Assembly: GCA_037379345.1 (NCBI GenBank)
Contig: CM074511.1
Location: forward strand, 1,612,001 to 1,676,000
DNA from: Perna viridis
Lineage: Eukaryota
DNA: 64,000 bases
Direction of reading: 5' to 3'
Part shown: positions 63,601 through 64,000 of the stretch, piece by piece
Position numbering within the stretch: the first letter of the stretch is position 1
How the letters are laid out: each line of letters opens with the position of its first letter
Program-made: the position numbers and the translations under genes
Notes under the pieces: model-generated
The model's input: only the letters and a program-made list of their open reading frames with translations
What the model was told of the DNA's origin: nothing
The model's database searches: none

Positions 63601-64000
63601 CCCATCGTCATCATTGTCTTTATCATCTGGAATTCCATCTCCGTCATCGTCCGTATCTAGATAGTTCGGAATGCCATCTCCATCATCATCTTCTTGGTAG
63701 TCTGGAATACCGTCTCCGTTATCGTCATTTTCTAGATGATCGGGAATTCCATCCCCATCGTCATCATTGTCTTTATCATCTGGAATTCCATCTCCGTCAT
63801 CGTCCTTATCTAGATAGTTCGGAATGCCATCTCCATCATCATCTTCTTGGTAGTCTGGAATACCGTCTCCGTCATCGTCATTTTCTAGATGATCGGGAAT
63901 TCCATCCCCATCGTCATCATTGTCTTTATCATCTGGAATTCCATCTCCGTCATCGTCCTTATCTAAATAGTTCGGAATGCCATCTCCATCATCATCTTCT
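60694..64000 (-). CDS. Aspartate-rich calcium-binding repeat protein (thrombospondin type-3-like DxDxDGIPD repeats), last two exons
   Basis: Open frame >64000-63333 (donor G|GTAAAT) spliced to 61997-60694 (acceptor ttttacag, TAA stop); dozens of D-x-D-x-D-G-I-P-D motifs; Lys-rich and poly-Asp C-terminal tail. Confidence 0.85.

Noticed and set aside
60694-64000. Thrombospondin/COMP orthologue
   Set aside because: No cysteines seen and no C-terminal TSP lectin-like domain.

Overview
AT-rich, intron-rich animal DNA; gene content and repeat families suggest a bivalve mollusc (inference). It holds four spliced genes. (1) The 3' part of a MET/RON-like receptor on + (IPT domains, TM helix, tyrosine-kinase fold; 572-14197), whose kinase looks catalytically dead (HGNLAARN in place of HRD). 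(2) A convergent CFAP92/KIAA1257-like ciliary gene on - (42413-17808) with RFX X-boxes upstream. (3) A 168-aa globin on + with B12.2/G7.0 introns (50587-57535). (4) The 3' end of an Asp-rich DxDxDGIPD repeat protein on - (>64000-60694). Introns carry LINE remnants, nested MITEs, Helentron-like elements and a tiny LTR element with tRNA-like A/B boxes in its LTRs. The most unusual structure is that many intronic tandem arrays are amplified copies of the host genes' own splice junctions. In the best case, 18 copies of an acceptor plus exon start, half the copies have lost the AG by five different substitutions, and every upstream copy encodes an in-frame stop just before the TM exon.
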